Source: Acutalibacteraceae bacterium
GTDB lineage: Bacteria; Bacillota; Clostridia; Oscillospirales; Acutalibacteraceae
Length of the DNA: 64,000 bases
Direction of reading: 5' to 3'
Assembly: GCA_045644025.1 (NCBI GenBank)
Contig: JAZRGE010000080.1
Span: 17,691 to 81,690, forward strand
Position 1 is the first letter of the stretch. Each line of letters begins with the position of its first letter. Shown one piece after another: positions 62,699 to 64,000 of this stretch. Below the pieces are notes generated by a model. It ran no database searches. It was not told the origin of the DNA and was given only the letters and a program-made list of their open reading frames with translations. A program made the position numbers and the translations under genes.

Positions 62699-64000
62699 CT
62701 ACTTTCCCACGCAGAAATTTTTGAAGATTTCATCGGCTATATCGGCCGACATCTGTGCCCCTGCCACCTGATCCAGATGGTTGGCGGCATCCTGCAGCAT
62801 CATTCCGCAAATATCAAGAGTTGCCTCTCCTGCGGCGAGCACACATTCGGCGGCTTTTTTCACACCTGCAAGCTGCCTTTCGTTCTGCAACACGGCCGTG
62901 TCTGGCGAAAGGCCTGCAATACCCGTGGTCTCCTCTATTTGGCGGCAGAGTTCGCTCAGTCCGCTGCCCTTTGCGGCCGATATCTCCACCATCGGCAGGG
63001 CGTATTCCTTAAGCAGCTCCATATCCATCTTGGCAGGCAGATCGCTCTTATTGCAAATAACAATGGTGTTCTTGCCGTGGCAAAGCCGCAGCAGATCTCT
63101 ATCCTGCTCATCCAACGGGCAGGACATATCAAACACGGCCAGCACAAGCTGAGCCGATTCCAACTTCTTTATAGAAAGCTCCACACCGATTTTTTCTATC
63201 TCGTCGCCTGTGTCGCGGATACCTGCTGTATCGCTGATCTTCAGCATGATATCCCCTATCATCACCGTCTCCTGGATCACATCGCGGGTGGTGCCCGCAA
63301 TGGGGGTGACAATAGAGCGCTCGGCGCCCGAAAGCAGGTTCATAAGGGTGGATTTGCCCACGTTGGGCCTGCCCACGATAGCGGTGTCTATGCCGTCTCT
63401 TATCATGGCGCCGGTGTCGTAATCCTTGATCATTCTGTTGAGCTCAGCGCCCAGAAGCTCCACCCTTTGGGGCAGGGTGGAAACATCGGCATTATCCAGC
63501 TCTTCATCGGGGTAATCAGCCACAGCACCTATTTCGGCCGCAAGATTCAAAAGCCTTTGGCGCATATCCTGAATGCGCTCAAAAAGCAAGCCCTTGTTGG
63601 CTGCGTTGGCCTGGCGCAAAGCCCTAGGTGAATTGGCGTTTATCACGTTGATCACTGTTTCCGCCGATGCAAGATCCAGCTTGCCGTTGAGATAAGCGCG
63701 CTTGGTGAACTCACCCGGTTCGGCCATTTGAGCACCACTTTCCAGCACAGCTCGCAGCACCTTTCGCACCACGGCAGTGCCGCCGTGGCAGGAGATCTCC
63801 ACAACATCCTCACCCGTGTAGCTCTTGGGGGCAACAAAAACAAGGGCCACCGCTTCATCGATGACCTCACCGCCGAAAACTACGTTGCCGAAAAGGGCTG
63901 TGTAGCCGCTCTGATCCTTAATTTTCTTTCCGCTTTTTGCTGCAAACACCCTATCGGCCACCGATTTTGCATCGGCTCCCGATATGCGCACGATGCCGAT
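62699..64000 (-). CDS. mnmE: tRNA modification GTPase MnmE (N-terminus outside the window)
   Basis: The ORF is open to the window edge (..IGIVRISG..). The G domain has GRPNVGKSTLMN, DTAG and NKSD. The C-terminus ends in the characteristic CVGK. Confidence 0.9.
   Translation of the reverse strand: MGIVRISGADAKSVADRVFAAKSGKKIKDQSGYTALFGNVVFGGEVIDEAVALVFVAPKSYTGEDVVEISCHGGTAVVRKVLRAVLESGAQMAEPGEFTKRAYLNGKLDLASAETVINVINANSPRALRQANAANKGLLFERIQDMRQRLLNLAAEIGAVADYPDEELDNADVSTLPQRVELLGAELNRMIKDYDTGAMIRDGIDTAIVGRPNVGKSTLMNLLSGAERSIVTPIAGTTRDVIQETVMIGDIMLKISDTAGIRDTGDEIEKIGVELSIKKLESAQLVLAVFDMSCPLDEQDRDLLRLCHGKNTIVICNKSDLPAKMDMELLKEYALPMVEISAAKGSGLSELCRQIEETTGIAGLSPDTAVLQNERQLAGVKKAAECVLAAGEATLDICGMMLQDAANHLDQVAGAQMSADIADEIFKNFCVGK

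Overview
The window is a 64-kb chromosomal segment from an endospore-forming Firmicute. By inference it is a Clostridia, Oscillospiraceae/Ruminococcaceae-like, at roughly 50% G+C. The taxon is inferred only from gene content (spoIIGA-sigE, spoIIR, ylbJ, yqfC/yqfD, HemZ-type radical SAM). Most of the window is tightly packed housekeeping operons, mainly on the minus strand: lysS, greA, glyQS, the dGTPase-dnaG-rpoD operon, rpmE, ispE, recJ-relA-dtd, tsf-rpsB, mutS2-recO-yqzL-era-ybeY-phoH, radC, comM and mnmE. Accessory content is of three kinds. (1) A glycan-utilisation locus (29.0-39.7 kb) holds an orphan sugar-binding lipoprotein, three glycoside-hydrolase-like genes and an AraC regulator. 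Two of its divergent promoter regions share a 35-bp direct-repeat operator at identical spacing. A separate AraC/GH31 pair lies at 6.4-9.7 kb. (2) Two lower-GC islets are present. One is a CAP-domain lipoprotein cassette (0.2-1.9 kb), bracketed by a duplicated terminator hairpin, phased TTATA-core repeats and a relic of the lysS 3' end. The other is an XRE-regulator/SLOG (DUF1273) gene pair (41.4-42.3 kb) sitting where sigG normally follows sigE, with a tandem perfect-palindrome operator. (3) Three oddities stand out: an orphan 5S rRNA gene with its own promoter and terminator and no 16S/23S nearby (59.2-59.4 kb), an EndoA/MazF-type toxin with no antitoxin gene in cis (49.2-49.5 kb), and a glyQS with no room for a T-box leader. 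I found no CRISPR array, transposase, integrase or tRNA. All product calls come from motif recognition in the translated ORFs, not from database searches. Start codons were refined by eye from ribosome-binding sites.
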